The notes beneath the pieces are model-generated. The model saw only the letters and a program-made list of their open reading frames with translations, made no database searches and was not told where the DNA came from. A stretch of 64,000 nucleotides of DNA from Octopus bimaculoides (Eukaryota), in contig NC_068983.1 in the NCBI RefSeq assembly GCF_001194135.2, forward strand, positions 81,537,621 to 81,601,620. Direction: 5' to 3'. Shown here piece by piece: positions 50,437-63,582 of this stretch. Both the position numbers and the translations under genes were made by a program. Within the stretch, counting starts at the first letter, position 1; the number at the start of each line of letters is the position of its first letter.

Positions 50437-51169
50437 TATATATATACATGTATATATACATATATAATGTATCTATCTATATGATCTCTCTATGTATATA
50501 TAAGCACACACATTACATACAGGTATATATGTGCGTGTATGCATATGTATGAGTATTCATTTCGTGTCTATGTGTACAATTTAAACATACACACACATAT
50601 AGAGAAATTCATGCACAGAGCAGGTAGCAATTTGTACACGAACAAGCACACACACATACAAATCCATATGAACCTATGTATGCATAATTGAAACTCTGCA
50701 GGTGTATTTATGTTTGTGTGTGTTTTTGTACATACATGCTACCTCGTGCATGTTTAGAATATGCATATATTATTCATTTAAATGTGAAATGCAACTTAAA
50801 TTCCAGATTACTTAAAACAGAAGAATCTTCAATGTCTTAAAATCTTCAAGTTAACCTGTGGGCTATATACAATTGCTTATTCTTTTTTACTTAAAAAATT
50901 TCTCATTTTCCCCCTTTTCTTCATGTTCTCTCTGTCTGTCCCTCTTTCTCTCTCTCTTGTCTCTAATATTTCTGTCAGTCTCTCTGTCTGTTTCCATTTC
51001 TTTCTATCATTCAGTCTGCATTGCTACCCTATGTTTTTGAAAACCATTACAGCTTTATTCAAATTAACTTTGTGCTGTCATTTTAGCATTTGAATTTCTT
51101 TTCAGTATTTCAACAATTTCACTTTTATGATTAGACTTCCATTTCATTCTCCCTGCTGGTATACTTCCA

Positions 51170-51465
51170 CCACAGCCACCACCACCACCACCACTACCAC
51201 CACCAGCTCCATCATCACCACAACGAACAGCATTACCTCCATTACTGTTACAGCTACTATTAGTAATAGAAGCACTATGATTACTATTACAACTACCATT
51301 GATTACTACACCCATCTAAACTTGCTTGCAACCAAAAACACCATCAGCAGCAATAGTAATATCATCGTCCTTATTCCCAATTACACCACCACTGCCTCCA
51401 CCCCTGCTGCTGCCACCACACCACACCACCACCACCACCACACCACCACCACACCACTACCACTA
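51170..51465. repeat. (ACC)/(ACT) trinucleotide block before N gap 51466-51992
   Basis: Direct reading; the Thr/His-rich ORFs are artefacts. Confidence 0.85.
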
Positions 51466-52118
51466 NNNNNNNNNNNNNNNNNNNNNNNNNNNNNNNNNNN
51501 NNNNNNNNNNNNNNNNNNNNNNNNNNNNNNNNNNNNNNNNNNNNNNNNNNNNNNNNNNNNNNNNNNNNNNNNNNNNNNNNNNNNNNNNNNNNNNNNNNNN
51601 NNNNNNNNNNNNNNNNNNNNNNNNNNNNNNNNNNNNNNNNNNNNNNNNNNNNNNNNNNNNNNNNNNNNNNNNNNNNNNNNNNNNNNNNNNNNNNNNNNNN
51701 NNNNNNNNNNNNNNNNNNNNNNNNNNNNNNNNNNNNNNNNNNNNNNNNNNNNNNNNNNNNNNNNNNNNNNNNNNNNNNNNNNNNNNNNNNNNNNNNNNNN
51801 NNNNNNNNNNNNNNNNNNNNNNNNNNNNNNNNNNNNNNNNNNNNNNNNNNNNNNNNNNNNNNNNNNNNNNNNNNNNNNNNNNNNNNNNNNNNNNNNNNNN
51901 NNNNNNNNNNNNNNNNNNNNNNNNNNNNNNNNNNNNNNNNNNNNNNNNNNNNNNNNNNNNNNNNNNNNNNNNNNNNNNNNNNNNNNNNNNNNACTGGAAG
52001 CCATCTGAATTACCTGTATCACGATGAACCATGCTGGGTATCAAAATGCTGACACCTTGACCACTGCTCAATGCTCTGTGTACACTGTAAAGGCTGTAAG
52101 ATGTGAACATGTCCCATG

Positions 52119-53033
52119 CAGCGCTGGATTAACCCATTAAGCAAAATAAGGATGTGCTGAGGGCATCAAGGGACGGGGGCACCACAGAAATGAAAATGGT
52201 TTACGGCACAAAAGAAATCACTCTAAACTTGCTAGAATAATATTCATAATGCCTTATCTCTGCTAAGAATAGAAGCAGAAGTTTTATGTAAAATTAGTTT
52301 TAATGATATCATTGAACACTTTGCAATTAAAAAAAAAAAAAAATCGAAGGAGAACACTTTTCAAATGTAGATAAAATGGAAGCATATAGAAATAAACATT
52401 ATTTTCCATCTTACTATGAATTTTGTTTCATTTTGAAAAATAAAAAAATTATTTTATGGTTTATTATCTTTTATTCTTTTATTTGTTTCAGTCATTTGAC
52501 TGCAGCCATGCTGGAGCACCACCTTTAGTCAAGCAAATCGACCTCAGAACTTATTCTTTGTAAGCCTAGTACTTATTCTATCGGTCTCTTTTGCCGAACT
52601 GCTAAGTTATGGAGATGTAAACACACCAGCATCAGTTGTCAAGCGATGTTATGGGGACAAACACAGATACACAAACATATCTCNNNNNNNNNNNNNNNNN
52701 NNNNNNNNNNNNNNNNNNNNNNNNNNNNNNNNNNNNNNNNNNNNNNNNNNNNNNNNNNNNNNNNNNNNNNNNNNNNNNNNNNNNNNNNNNNNNNNNNNNN
52801 NNNNNNNNNNNNNNNNNNNNNNNNNNNNNNNNNNNNNNNNNNNNNNNNNNNNNNNNNNNNNNNNNNNNNNNNNNNNNNNNNNNNNNNNNNNNNNNNNNNN
52901 NNNNNNNNNNNNNNNNNNNNNNNNNNNNNNNNNNNNNNNNNNNNNNNNNNNNNNNNNNNNNNNNNNNNNNNNNNNNNNNNNNNNNNNNNNNNNNNNNNNN
53001 NNNNNNNNNNNNNNNNNNNNNNNNNNNNNNNNN

Positions 53034-53068
<35 letters not shown>

Positions 53069-53346
53069 TACGACGGGCTTCTTTCAGTTTCCATCTACCA
53101 AATCCATTCACAAGGCTTTGGTTGGCCCAAGGCTGTAGCAGAAAATACCTGCCCAAGGTGCCACGCAGTGGGACTGAACCCAGAACCATGTGGTTGGTAA
53201 GCAAGCTACTTACCACACAGCCACTCCTGCGCCTATCGTTTACATTTTGAATTATTTTTGGTTACATTTTGAACCATTTACATATACTTGAGGGTACCAA
53301 AACCTTTTAAGTGCTTAGGGACTTTATGGGTCTTAATCTGGCCCTG
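52119..53346 (+). mobile_element. Non-autonomous hAT element with a nested SINE A
   Basis: Ends cagcgctggattaa / ttaatctggccctg; degenerate TSD GTCCCATG / GTTCCATA. Residual C-terminus ALSLLRIEAEVLCKISFNDIIEHFAIKK at about 52250-52335; SINE A on the minus strand at 52475-53233. Confidence 0.7.
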
Positions 53347-53404
53347 GTTCCATATATCATGAAAACTAAGTTCCCCAAAACTGTATTGGTCTTTGGGAGT
53401 GTCT

Positions 53405-53830
53405 CTTTGGGAGTGACTTCATGCCACCCACATCTTTGAACAAAGCCTCAGGCTCAATTCAGAGGGCTATGTGAAGCTGCTGGGGACAGAGGTCAAACCC
53501 CGGCTAGAGAGAATTGCTGCTGGAAGGTCATACATGTGGCAGCAAGACTTGACTCCTTGCTGTATCTCTGGAAAGAGTCAGAAGTAGTTGTTGGAGAATT
53601 ACTATAACTTTAACCATCCCAATTTCTGGCATTATAATTTCCCTGATTGTTATCCCATAGATTTCTATGTGTGAGGGTATGGTTGTGAAAGACACCAACT
53701 GCTCTGCCTGCAACATCTGAGGCTGACCTGGTGGGCAAGTTGAAAGAGGTATTTGAAGATTTTTTCCCTGGGAAAATGTGAAGAATGCATGCACCAAGTT
53801 CTGGAGCTGTCTTGAGGCTATGGTTGAAGC
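53405..53830 (+). pseudogene. Tc1/mariner transposase catalytic-domain fragment, maT (DD37D)-like
   Basis: MPPHIFEQSLRLNSEGYVKLL...PRLERIAAGRSYMWQQD then ...PDCYPIDFYV*GMV.KDTN; frameshifted. Confidence 0.75.
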
Positions 53831-54471
53831 TGAGACACCAGCCTATTGCAGGAGGCAAGGCCAACAATTTTGAGGAGAGGGGACGAGTTAATTGCACTGA
53901 TTCTAGTACTTAATTAGTACTTTATTTTATCAACCCCTGGAGGGATGAAAGGCAAAGTTGACCTCAGCACAATCAATTTGAACTCAGAATCTAAAGAGCT
54001 GGAAGAGGTGCCACAAAGCATTTCATCCAATGTGCTAATGATTCTGCAAGCTTGCTGCTTTAGTCCGTGATATACTAAGTCTGAGAATAAGGTGGGATGG
54101 TCATGGCCGAACGACACTCAATGTAAATCAACTTGATCAGGGTAGACAAGAAATTAAATGATAACACAACCCACCTTACACATACTCACACATACACACA
54201 GATATATATACATAGACACGCCCACATACACACACACACACACACCTAGACACACACACACCCACACGCCTAGACACACCCACAAAACTCACCAACTTTA
54301 CCCATCACCAATGCAAAACCCACCTTACTTGTACATGTACATACACACATCTGCACACACACACATGCACACAAGCATGCATACACACCTAGATACACCC
54401 ACCACATTCACACATATATTACTACACATCACTAGCATCCAACCCACCTTACTCTCTGTCTCTGTCTCTGT

Positions 54472-54511
<40 letters not shown>

Positions 54512-54521
54512 NNNNNNNNNN

Positions 54522-54563
<42 letters not shown>

Positions 54564-54819
54564 ATATACATACTCCATTACCATCATATTGCTTTTTAAA
54601 GAAATTCTCCCTACTAACTGAAACTTCAGATAAGGAATAAAAGATAAAGGAGATTCCAGTATTTATCCAAGAGAAATAATCGGTCTGTGACTGCTTTTCA
54701 TGTGGATGGAATATTATCAGAGAAATTCTTTCTGAAAGCATAACCATTATTGTCTGAAGAATAAATGATTAACAGTTATTTACCAAATAGACGAATTAAG
54801 TTGTAATAGCAGTATGAGT

Positions 54820-55210
54820 AGTGCAGGTGGTAGTGGTGGTGGGGTGGTGGTGATTGTAGGGTTGTTGTTGTGGGTGGTGGTGGTGGTGGTGGTGGTAGAG
54901 TTATGTTGTTATTACTGTAGATGGTAGTGGCAGTGGTGTGATGGTAGTGGTAGTGGCATTGGCAGTGGTGTGGTGGTTGTAGAGTTTTGTAGTTGTGGTG
55001 ATGGTGGTAGTTGTGGTGGTGACAGAAGTGCTTGTGGTAATTGTAGAGTTATTATAGTGACGGCAGTAAGGTTGTTGTGGTGGTGAAGGTAGTGTTTGTC
55101 CTTACTGGTACTGTTGTTCTGTTGTAGTACTTTGTGGTGGTGTTGGCAATAGTAGTTCTCATGGTAACTGTAGAATTTCTGCTATGGTGATGGTAGTAGT
55201 GTGCGAGTGA
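54820..55210. repeat. (GGT)/(GTA) low-complexity block
   Basis: Direct reading. Confidence 0.85.
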
Positions 55211-56111
55211 TGTTATTTGCATTGGTGGTAGAGGCAGTGGTATGAGGACACATGGCCTATTGTTAGGGGGTTGCACTCATGATTGCAAGACCATAATTTC
55301 AATTCCTGGACTGGGTGGTGCATTGTGTTCTTAAGCAAAACACTTCATTTCATGTTGCTCTGCGATCATTTTGACACCTGATGTGTCTGGTAGACCTTCC
55401 AACATTGATTTGATGGAAGGAGTGAGCTAGGGCTGGATTAAGCCCTTTTGAGGCCCTAAGCACTTAAAAGATTTTGGTACTCCCATACATATGTATTATG
55501 GGAGAACCCTGAACTCACCCATGTGACTGAAGGTGGACTAATCAATTACAATAGATAAGAACTGAGTGAACTGTCAGTGGGGTTGTTGACGGTGGGTTGG
55601 ATGCTTTGACAGGTACCAGCCTGATAGAAAGCTATACCAGGCTACTGTGTCTGTTATGGCATGGTTCTTACAGCTGAATGCCCTTCCTAATACCAGCCAC
55701 TCCATAGAGTAGAATGAGTGCTTTTTATGTGGCACCAGCACAGGTGAGGTTAGTTTTGGATGGTTTTTACAGCTGGATGTATAGTATGTACTAATTAAAT
55801 CTTGTGTATCATTAGGCTTCGTACAATTTATATTTCTCATTCCTTCATTAGATCTGAGTTGGTTGTTCACTTACATTTTTGAATAAGCCTGTTGTGTAAT
55901 TCATTGGTGTGTGGTGTGTGTGGTGTTCTTATTTATTCCTTAATTTCAATAATTATAAGGTTTGTGCAAACACCTTTTATATATATACATTGCTTATATG
56001 CTTTTTAATGCATATTATCTTTTGATGGTAATGTGCAGTGTAAGATTTTTTTCTAAATAGTAACTTGATGACAAATATATTTTTCAGAACATTCATTCTG
56101 TGTATTTGAAT

Positions 56112-56505
56112 GGAGTGGCTGTGTGGTAAGTAGCTTGCTTACCAACCACATGGTTCTGGGTTCAGTCCCACTGTATGGCACCTTGGGAAAGTGTTTTCTA
56201 CTATAGCCTCGAACTGAATAAAGCCTTGTGAGTGGATTTGGTAGATGGAAACTAAAAGAAGCCCGTCGTATATATGTATATGCATATATATATATGTGTG
56301 TGCTTGTGTGTCTGTGTTTGTCCTCCACCAATATCGCCTGACAACCGATGCTGGTGTGTTTACGTACCTGCAACTTAGCAGTTCAGCAAAAGAGACCAAT
56401 AGAATAAGTACTAGGCTTCCAAAGAATAAGTCCTGGGGTCAATTTGCTTGACTAAAGGCGGTGTTCCAGCATGGCCGCGGTCAAATGACTGAAACAAGTA
56501 AAAGA
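56112..56505 (+). mobile_element. SINE family A
   Basis: Full head, body and tail. Confidence 0.85.
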
Positions 56506-56514
56506 GTATAGTGG

Positions 56515-56725
56515 AAATGTATGGCTTAGTGGTTAGAGCAATCGGCTCATGATCATAAATTGTGGTTTCAATTCCTGGACTGAGCAATGCATTGTGTTTT
56601 TAAGCAAAACACTTCATTTCACATTGCTCCAGTTCACTCAGCTGGAAAAAATGAGTAATCCTGCAATGGGCGGGTGTCCAGTCCAGATGGGGAATTTATA
56701 TGCCATGGAAACCAGGAAATTGGCC
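56515..56725 (+). mobile_element. Third tRNA-headed SINE family (C); second copy at 55245-55380
   Basis: A-box tggcttagtggttagagc, B-box-like ggtttcaattcc, shared body gcattgtgtt.ttaagcaaaacacttcatttca. Confidence 0.6.
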
Positions 56726-57039
56726 CTTATCAGTCAGCATGACTTGAGAAGAAAGGAAGGTATTTGAATATTCACACCCAGTGTAATATCTGTTGTACAC
56801 TAATGTAAAATATTTATAAGCCTTAAAAAAAATTAATTGTTCAATGCAAAGACCAACCCTGATCTAGCAGATCCATGATCAAAAATATTTCACCTGTAAA
56901 TTATACTAACTTTCATCTCTGAAACTACCAGGAATGGTAGCCAAACATTATCTGAATTATGTAGGGCATTGTTCTGATTTGCAAGCTCCCATCAAACAAT
57001 CTAACTCATGCCAGCATAGAAAACAGATGTTAAATGATA

Positions 57040-57216
57040 ATGATGATGATGATGATGATGATGTTGATGACAACGATGATGATGATGACAATGATGATGA
57101 TGATGATGATGATGATAATGATAATGATAATGAATATAAAGATGAACGAAATGCCGCTAAGCAGTTTGCCCAGCAGGCTAACGATTGTACCAGTACACCA
57201 CCTTAATAACAATAAC

Positions 57217-57260
<44 letters not shown>

Positions 57261-57680
57261 CAACAATAATAACAAGATTAATTGTAATGAAAAAAGAATA
57301 AGAAAAATAGTTTAAAGAGAAAATTAAAAGATAAATAATGACATGATCGGCAGGAATGGTTAGGAAAAGAAGATGGAAGAAGACTAGAAATATGTATTAT
57401 TATGACAATGATGAGTTAATACAAAGGAACAGAAAGATGAGGAGGAGGAGGAGGTGGAATTAGAAGTTGGGGAAGGAGAATAAGAAGAAGGAGAAATGGG
57501 GAGGAGGAGGAGAAGGACCAGAAGAAGAAAACACAGAAGAATAAGAAGAGAAAGATGAAAAGAAATGAAGAAAGATGAGGAGGAGGGGAAGAAGAAGAAA
57601 ATACAGAAGAATAAGAAGAGAAAGAAGAAAAGAAATGAAGAAAGATGAGGACGAGGACGAGGAAGAGGGGAAGAAGAATA
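57040..57680. repeat. (GAT)n, (AAT)n and GAA/GAG blocks including an about 70-bp direct duplication
   Basis: Direct reading; cagaagaataagaagagaaag...gaagaaagatgagga occurs twice. Confidence 0.85.
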
Positions 57681-58043
57681 CCTGCTTTATTAAATCATAA
57701 TCAATAATAGTGATAATAAGTGTTTTTAAAGGAAATAATTTCTGAATTTGACCAAAAGACTGAGATTGAGGAATTTATGTACGTTTGAACCATTTGTAAA
57801 GTGATATACCCGCCACCATAATTACACTGAACCGAGCCTTATAATTGATAGACACCAATCTTTTCTTTGGCAACATTCTTCTGATTTTTCTACAAAAAGA
57901 CAAGGAATCTGAAATATAAGAAGAAACTCCATTTTCAAAGAACATTCTAAACTATTTCTTGGACAAAAATGAATTATTTCTTTTAATCTTCTTGCGATAT
58001 GATTTTATATCTAAGCTATTGTTTCTCACTGTATTTAAATACA

Positions 58044-58090
<47 letters not shown>

Positions 58091-58140
58091 NNNNNNNNNN
58101 NNNNNNNNNNNNNNNNNNNNNNNNNNNNNNNNNNNNNNNN

Positions 58141-58188
<48 letters not shown>

Positions 58189-58914
58189 AAGACAAGTACA
58201 CTTATTTATATACGCACATAAATAAGCTAACATAGTTTTATTCAAACAAATCCACTGCAAGTATTTAAAAAAGGTCTCTTTGATAAAAGGATGTATTGGA
58301 AGAAATAAAAGAGAATAAGTACTTTTGGATTTACAAACCAAAAGTTATTTCTTTCTCCAACCACTACTGATACCTACATTCCTTTCTTTCTTTCTTTCAC
58401 CGTTTCTTTCTTTCTGTTTCTCTCTTCATTTCTTCGTTTGTTTGTTTGTTTGTTTGTTTCTTTCTTTCACCCTTTCTTTCTCCATTTCTTTCTTTCATTC
58501 TCCATTTCTTTCTTTCATTCTCCATTTCTTTCTTTCTTCCTTCCTTCCTTCCTTTCTTTCTTTCTCTGTTTCTTTTTCTGTTTCTTTCTTACTCCATTTC
58601 TTTCTTTCTTTCTTTCTTTGTTTCTATCATTTTCTCTTCCTCTCTCCCTTTCTTTCTTCTTTGTTCCTTCCTTCCTTCAACATCTCTCCAAATCTTTGTC
58701 AGGCAGAATACTTAAATGGCAAGATGAATGAGTTAACTGTCTCATAATTGAAATACTTGGCTAATTCTAAGTGCATATCTGTGTGCATGCATTTCTGTCA
58801 GCCTCTTGCTCTCTCCCTATACACATACATGCATACACACACACAAACATACACATTCCCCCTTTTCCTCCACACTCTCTCTCTCAATCACTCATACGTG
58901 CACACTCATGGAGG

Positions 58915-59240
58915 CAATGGCCTTACAGAGGCATTTTGCCCCATGGAGGCAATGACAAATGACTGAGACATACTGTGTTTGAGTAGAAGACCCAGCAAGC
59001 CAAGTGAAATCATAGTCATGGCAAATACCGGTGTCACGCAACTGGCAGGCATGCTGGTGGCATGTAAAAGCACCCATTACACTCTCAGAGTGGTTGGCAT
59101 TAGGAAGGGCAACCAACCGTAGAAACCATGCCAAATCTGACTGGAATCTGGTGCAGCCCCTCAGCTTGTCAGCCCTGGTCAAACCATACAACCCATACCA
59201 ACATGGACAATGGACATTGAATGTCGATGATGATGACCAT
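58915..59240 (+). mobile_element. RTE 3'-end copy (longer 3'UTR)
   Basis: Same module. Confidence 0.75.
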
Positions 59241-59384
59241 GGACTTCTTTCATTTCTGTTTATCAAATCCCCTCACAAGGCCTTGGTTAACTGAGGTGCC
59301 ACACAGTAGGACTGAACTCAAGACCACATGTTTGGGAAGCAAGCTTCCTATAATTCAGTCATGCTTCCATTTAAATCTCTCTCT

Positions 59385-59770
59385 TTTACTCTTTTATTTG
59401 TTCCAGTCATTTGACTGTGGCCATGCTGGAGCACTGCCTTTAGTTGAACAAATTGACCCCAGGACTTATTCTTTGTAAGCCTAGTACTTATTCTATCAGT
59501 GTCTTTTGCTGAACTGCTAAGTTACGGGTATGTAAACACACCACCATCAGTTGTCAAGTGATGGTGGGGAAACAAGCATAGACACACAAACACACACACA
59601 CACATATACGATGGGCTGCTTTCAGCTTCCATCTACCAAATCCACTCACAAGGCTTTGGTTGGCCTGAGGCTATAGTAGAAAACACTTGCCCAAAGTGTC
59701 ACGCAGTGGGACTGAACCCGGAACCATGTGGTTGGTAAGCAAGCCACTTACCACACAGCCACTCCTGCAC
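59385..59770 (-). mobile_element. SINE family A, CpG-depleted copy
   Basis: Full length; CpGs replaced by TpG/CpA relative to the 46694 copy. Confidence 0.85.
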
Positions 59771-60284
59771 CTATATTTTTATGCCATCAAGCAATATATT
59801 ACTGGTTATAGCATATGACTAGTCAGAGAATGCAGAATGCCAGTATCAGTTTTGCACCAAATATGGCTACTAGAGTTGTTGAACATACACAGACACTAGG
59901 TTGGTTTGGTGGTGGCAGAGGATGAAACAAAATTCAGAGAAGAATTTTTTAGGGAAGATTGGAATAGTTATTTCTAATGGTTTAGTGCTAGCTGTGGGTG
60001 AAGTATGTAGACAAAGTTGACAGTCATGGAGTTTGAATTCATAATTGTAATAATCCTTTCGACTATAGACACAATGTCTGAAATTTGGAGGAGGAGCTAA
60101 TCGATTACATTGACCCCGATACTCAACTGGTACTTATTTCATTGACCCTGAAAAGATGAAGGGCAAAGTTGACCCTGGTGAAAGTTGAACTCTGAACATA
60201 GACAGATGAAATGCCACTAAGCGATTTGTCTAGCATTCTAATGGTTCAGCCAGCTCCTCACCTTGTTTGTAAGAGTAATAATAA

Positions 60285-62475
60285 TTTCTTTTATTTACCA
60301 CAGGGGTGTCCAAAGAAAGGGACATTACAAAACTAGATTTACATGAAAAAAAATCAAATGTGATGAAATGCATACAAGGTCTACCTTATGAATGGATTTC
60401 ACACTCTGCAGGTGGTGTAGTTTCAGTGCATCTCTGTGCATTATCACCCACGATATGCTGAGTCCTACCATGCAGAGGATGCTAGCAACAGATGAATTGA
60501 CTGACTTGTAAAACATATTTCTTCTTCAAAATGCTGAGCAGCTGATACTCCATCCAGTTAGATGAAAACTGGAGCAAGGCATGAGGGTCAGGTGGTAAAT
60601 TATGTCAGATGTGACATAGACATTTGCTACCTCTGCCTAATTGTTCAGAGATAGATTTTCTCTCTGCCCATTTCTGTGTGAGACTGTCACCCAGCTAATT
60701 ATCTCATCACAGTTCTGAACATTTCCACCAGCATGATGTCTGACACCATTATGATGATGTTGTCCACATACGGACACAGCTTTTCCAAGCCCTAGTTTGA
60801 AAAGGGTGTCCTTCGACACCTTTCACTTCAGCAGCAGGCTCAAAGCCAGCATATAAAGAAGTGACGATAACTTTGACAGACTGAGCGTACAATATCAATC
60901 AGTTTAAAAAGATGGACATTCACTTGGATCACAAAGTAGGTGCATTGTTGTGATTCATTTGAAAATGGGACAAAAATCAGCTGTTTTGAGAGTATCTGCT
61001 AAATTAAGATGGTAGACTCATATGAAACCTTTCAGCTGATTCAAATAGATCAGGAACCCACTAGAGCCAGGTTTCTCAGCCATCTTCTCTGCACAAAGTC
61101 GAGGTTGTTATGTATAGATTTGCTCAGTACTATGCATGTTTTGCATTTCTCCAGACAAATCCCCAATGACAAGCACCAGTCTTAAAATTGCATTCTATAG
61201 AGTTATTGGCTGGAAGTTATCTATGACATCCTCCTGGGTGGCATCTTTTATCAATAGGCTACCATCTACCAGCTCCCAGAACTGAGGATTCTTCTATCAT
61301 GCTGCCAGCTGTGGTAGACTTCAGCCAAATATTCACCACACAAGTCTGTATTTGTAAAACTCATGGAGCAGACTGGGTGACCAGAGTAATTTGCATCTCT
61401 TGCAATGCTTAGTGCTTATCATGTTTCAACACCTGTTATCATCTATTTATAGTACCCTGTGTCTTCTACAGAGATTCATGGCAGGCATTGAGATAGATAT
61501 TGAAGTCCACTACTTTCTGTGATCCATCACTTGTTCTAAATAACCAACCAATGTGATACTGAAAAATTGCATGCTTCTGCATGCAGTTTTCCAAGCAGCA
61601 TGCATTCATCCTAGTCCTGCATAAATCAAATTGTGGATTGTTACCTGTTATGTCTCAAGTTATTGCTCTCTAGCACCTTCGGATGATCTCTATTCAACTG
61701 CTTACTGACTGCTACTCAATAGCTCTACCAACTCACCTACCACAGCCAGACTACCTTTATTTGTATGTCTTGCGGGCGTTGACACAACATTACCATTGAA
61801 ACATTATTTAATACATGCACCTTAATTTTGACAATGCAGCCTTCATGTTTCATGTTGAAGAAATGATTGAAGGCCATACCCACTGCCCACAATGACTTTC
61901 CTAATCATTTCTTCTGACTTACTAACACTGCTGCTAATCTAGTTCTCTCTATTGCTAGTTTTTACTAAATGCTGTTAATTTTGCTTTAATAGCCTTCTTC
62001 AGGATAATTTGTTGTGTCCACATTGGTACAATCAGAAAGTCCATTTGATATCTATCAGCTGCAACCATCTTAGCAACTTTGTGAGGTTGTTTCATTCACT
62101 CCTTCTGTTAGCTAACTGTACACAATCCTATCATACATCTAAAATACAATTTCAACTCTCCACTAGTACTAAAGAGTAGGACATTTCCAGAAAGTCTTCT
62201 ATACATTTGAAGAACTCCATCCATCCTCCCTTGTTTGTATTTAGATGACTACAAGTCTGATTGTACTTCCTTCACTATTATTCACATACAGCACCATTAA
62301 CTGACTATCAGAGTTCTAAACATTGCCTCTACCATGAATTATAAGGCTTTCCTGAACGATACTGCCAAATCATCACCCAAGTACATCTCTCAGTGCAAAT
62401 GCTCCAGAAGCGCTTGTCTCATTAATGGCTTCTACATTTATGTCTAGTGACCTGAGGACATTGAACAAGGAGTAG
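60285..62475 (-). mobile_element. Decayed L1/Tx1-clade LINE ORF2 (APE + RT) with 3' end
   Basis: RSLDINVEAINET (APE), LVLVES*NCILD (GDWN-like), DL.GEYLAEVYHSWQ, IDNFQPITL*NA and YVDNIIIMVSD (YADD-like). Ends AATAAAAGAAA(TTA)n. Confidence 0.8.
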
Positions 62476-62624
62476 TGTTGATGTCATTGATACATTTTGC
62501 ATTGCTTCCTTACTAATTTAGAGTGGGAGAGCAGGAAAAAGAGTTTTCTTTAAAGCTAAATGTTCGTATGTTTATGTGGGTGTTTGTGTTCATGTGTGTG
62601 TGTGTATCAATGTGTACATGAGTA

Positions 62625-62850
62625 CATATCATCATCATCATCATCTTCATTTAGCATCTGTTTTTCATGCTGGCAGGGGTTAAATGGTTTGATTGGAACT
62701 GGTAAGCTAGAGAGCTGCACCAAGTTCCAGTCTGATCTTGACTTGGTTTCTATGGCTGGATGCCTTTCCTAACACCAACAACTCCAAGAGAGTAATGGGT
62801 GCTTTTTATGCATCAGTAGCACAGGTGGTTTTACATGTCACTGGTACTTT
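62625..62850 (-). mobile_element. RTE 3'-end copy
   Basis: Same module. Confidence 0.7.
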
Positions 62851-63449
62851 TGAAACGCAGAGTAGATGAAACAGGGTCAACTGACGAAGGGGTATACTCT
62901 TTATGTTGCATGTCTCGTTTCTCTGTTTGTTTTTTTCGTTTTCTGTTTTCGTTTTTGGTTTCGTTTCTCATTGTGTTTAACGTTTTCTTGATGCCCTGTA
63001 CCCATATATGCATGTATGTATACATATAGATGTAGGTATGTACATATATGTATATATTATTTATATTATTATATATANNNNNNNNNNNNNNNNNNNNNNN
63101 NNNNNNNNNNNNNNNNNNNNNNNNNNNNNNNNNNNNNNNNNNNNNNNNNNNNNNNNNNNNNNNNNNNNNNNNNNNNNNNNNNNNNNNNNNNNNNNNNNNN
63201 NNNNNNNNNNNNNNNNNNNNNNNNNNNNNNNNNNNNNNNNNNNNNNNNNNNNNNNNNNNNNNNNNNNNNNNNNNNNNNNNNNNNNNNNNNNNNNNNNNNN
63301 NNNNNNNNNNNNNNNNNNNNNNNNNNNNNNNNNNNNNNNNNNNNNNNNNNNNNNNNNNNNNNNNNNNNNNNNNNNNNNNNNNNNNNNNNNNNNNNNNNNN
63401 NNNNNNNNNNNNNNNNNNNNNNNNNNNNNNNNNNNNNNNNNNNNNNNNN

Positions 63450-63490
<41 letters not shown>

Positions 63491-63493
63491 CCT

Positions 63494-63582
63494 TATTTCC
63501 TGATGATGGGGACATTGTCAGTGTGAAACTAAAGGATTCATACCTTGTAGACAAATGGACTCCAGAAACTGCTGTTGAAATA
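63494..63582 (+). ncRNA. Type I hammerhead-ribozyme-like motif with long stem II
   Basis: 6-bp stem I tatttc/gaaata; CTGATGA (63500-63506); ggggacattgtc pairs imperfectly with gacaaatggactcc around an insert; GAAA (63565-63568); stem III AC-tgct-GT; NUH = GUU. Confidence 0.6.

Noticed and set aside
61975-62005. Minus-strand CTGAAGA-aggctattaaagc-AAAA
   Set aside because: Lies inside the Tx1 ORF relic and lacks GAAA; likely chance.
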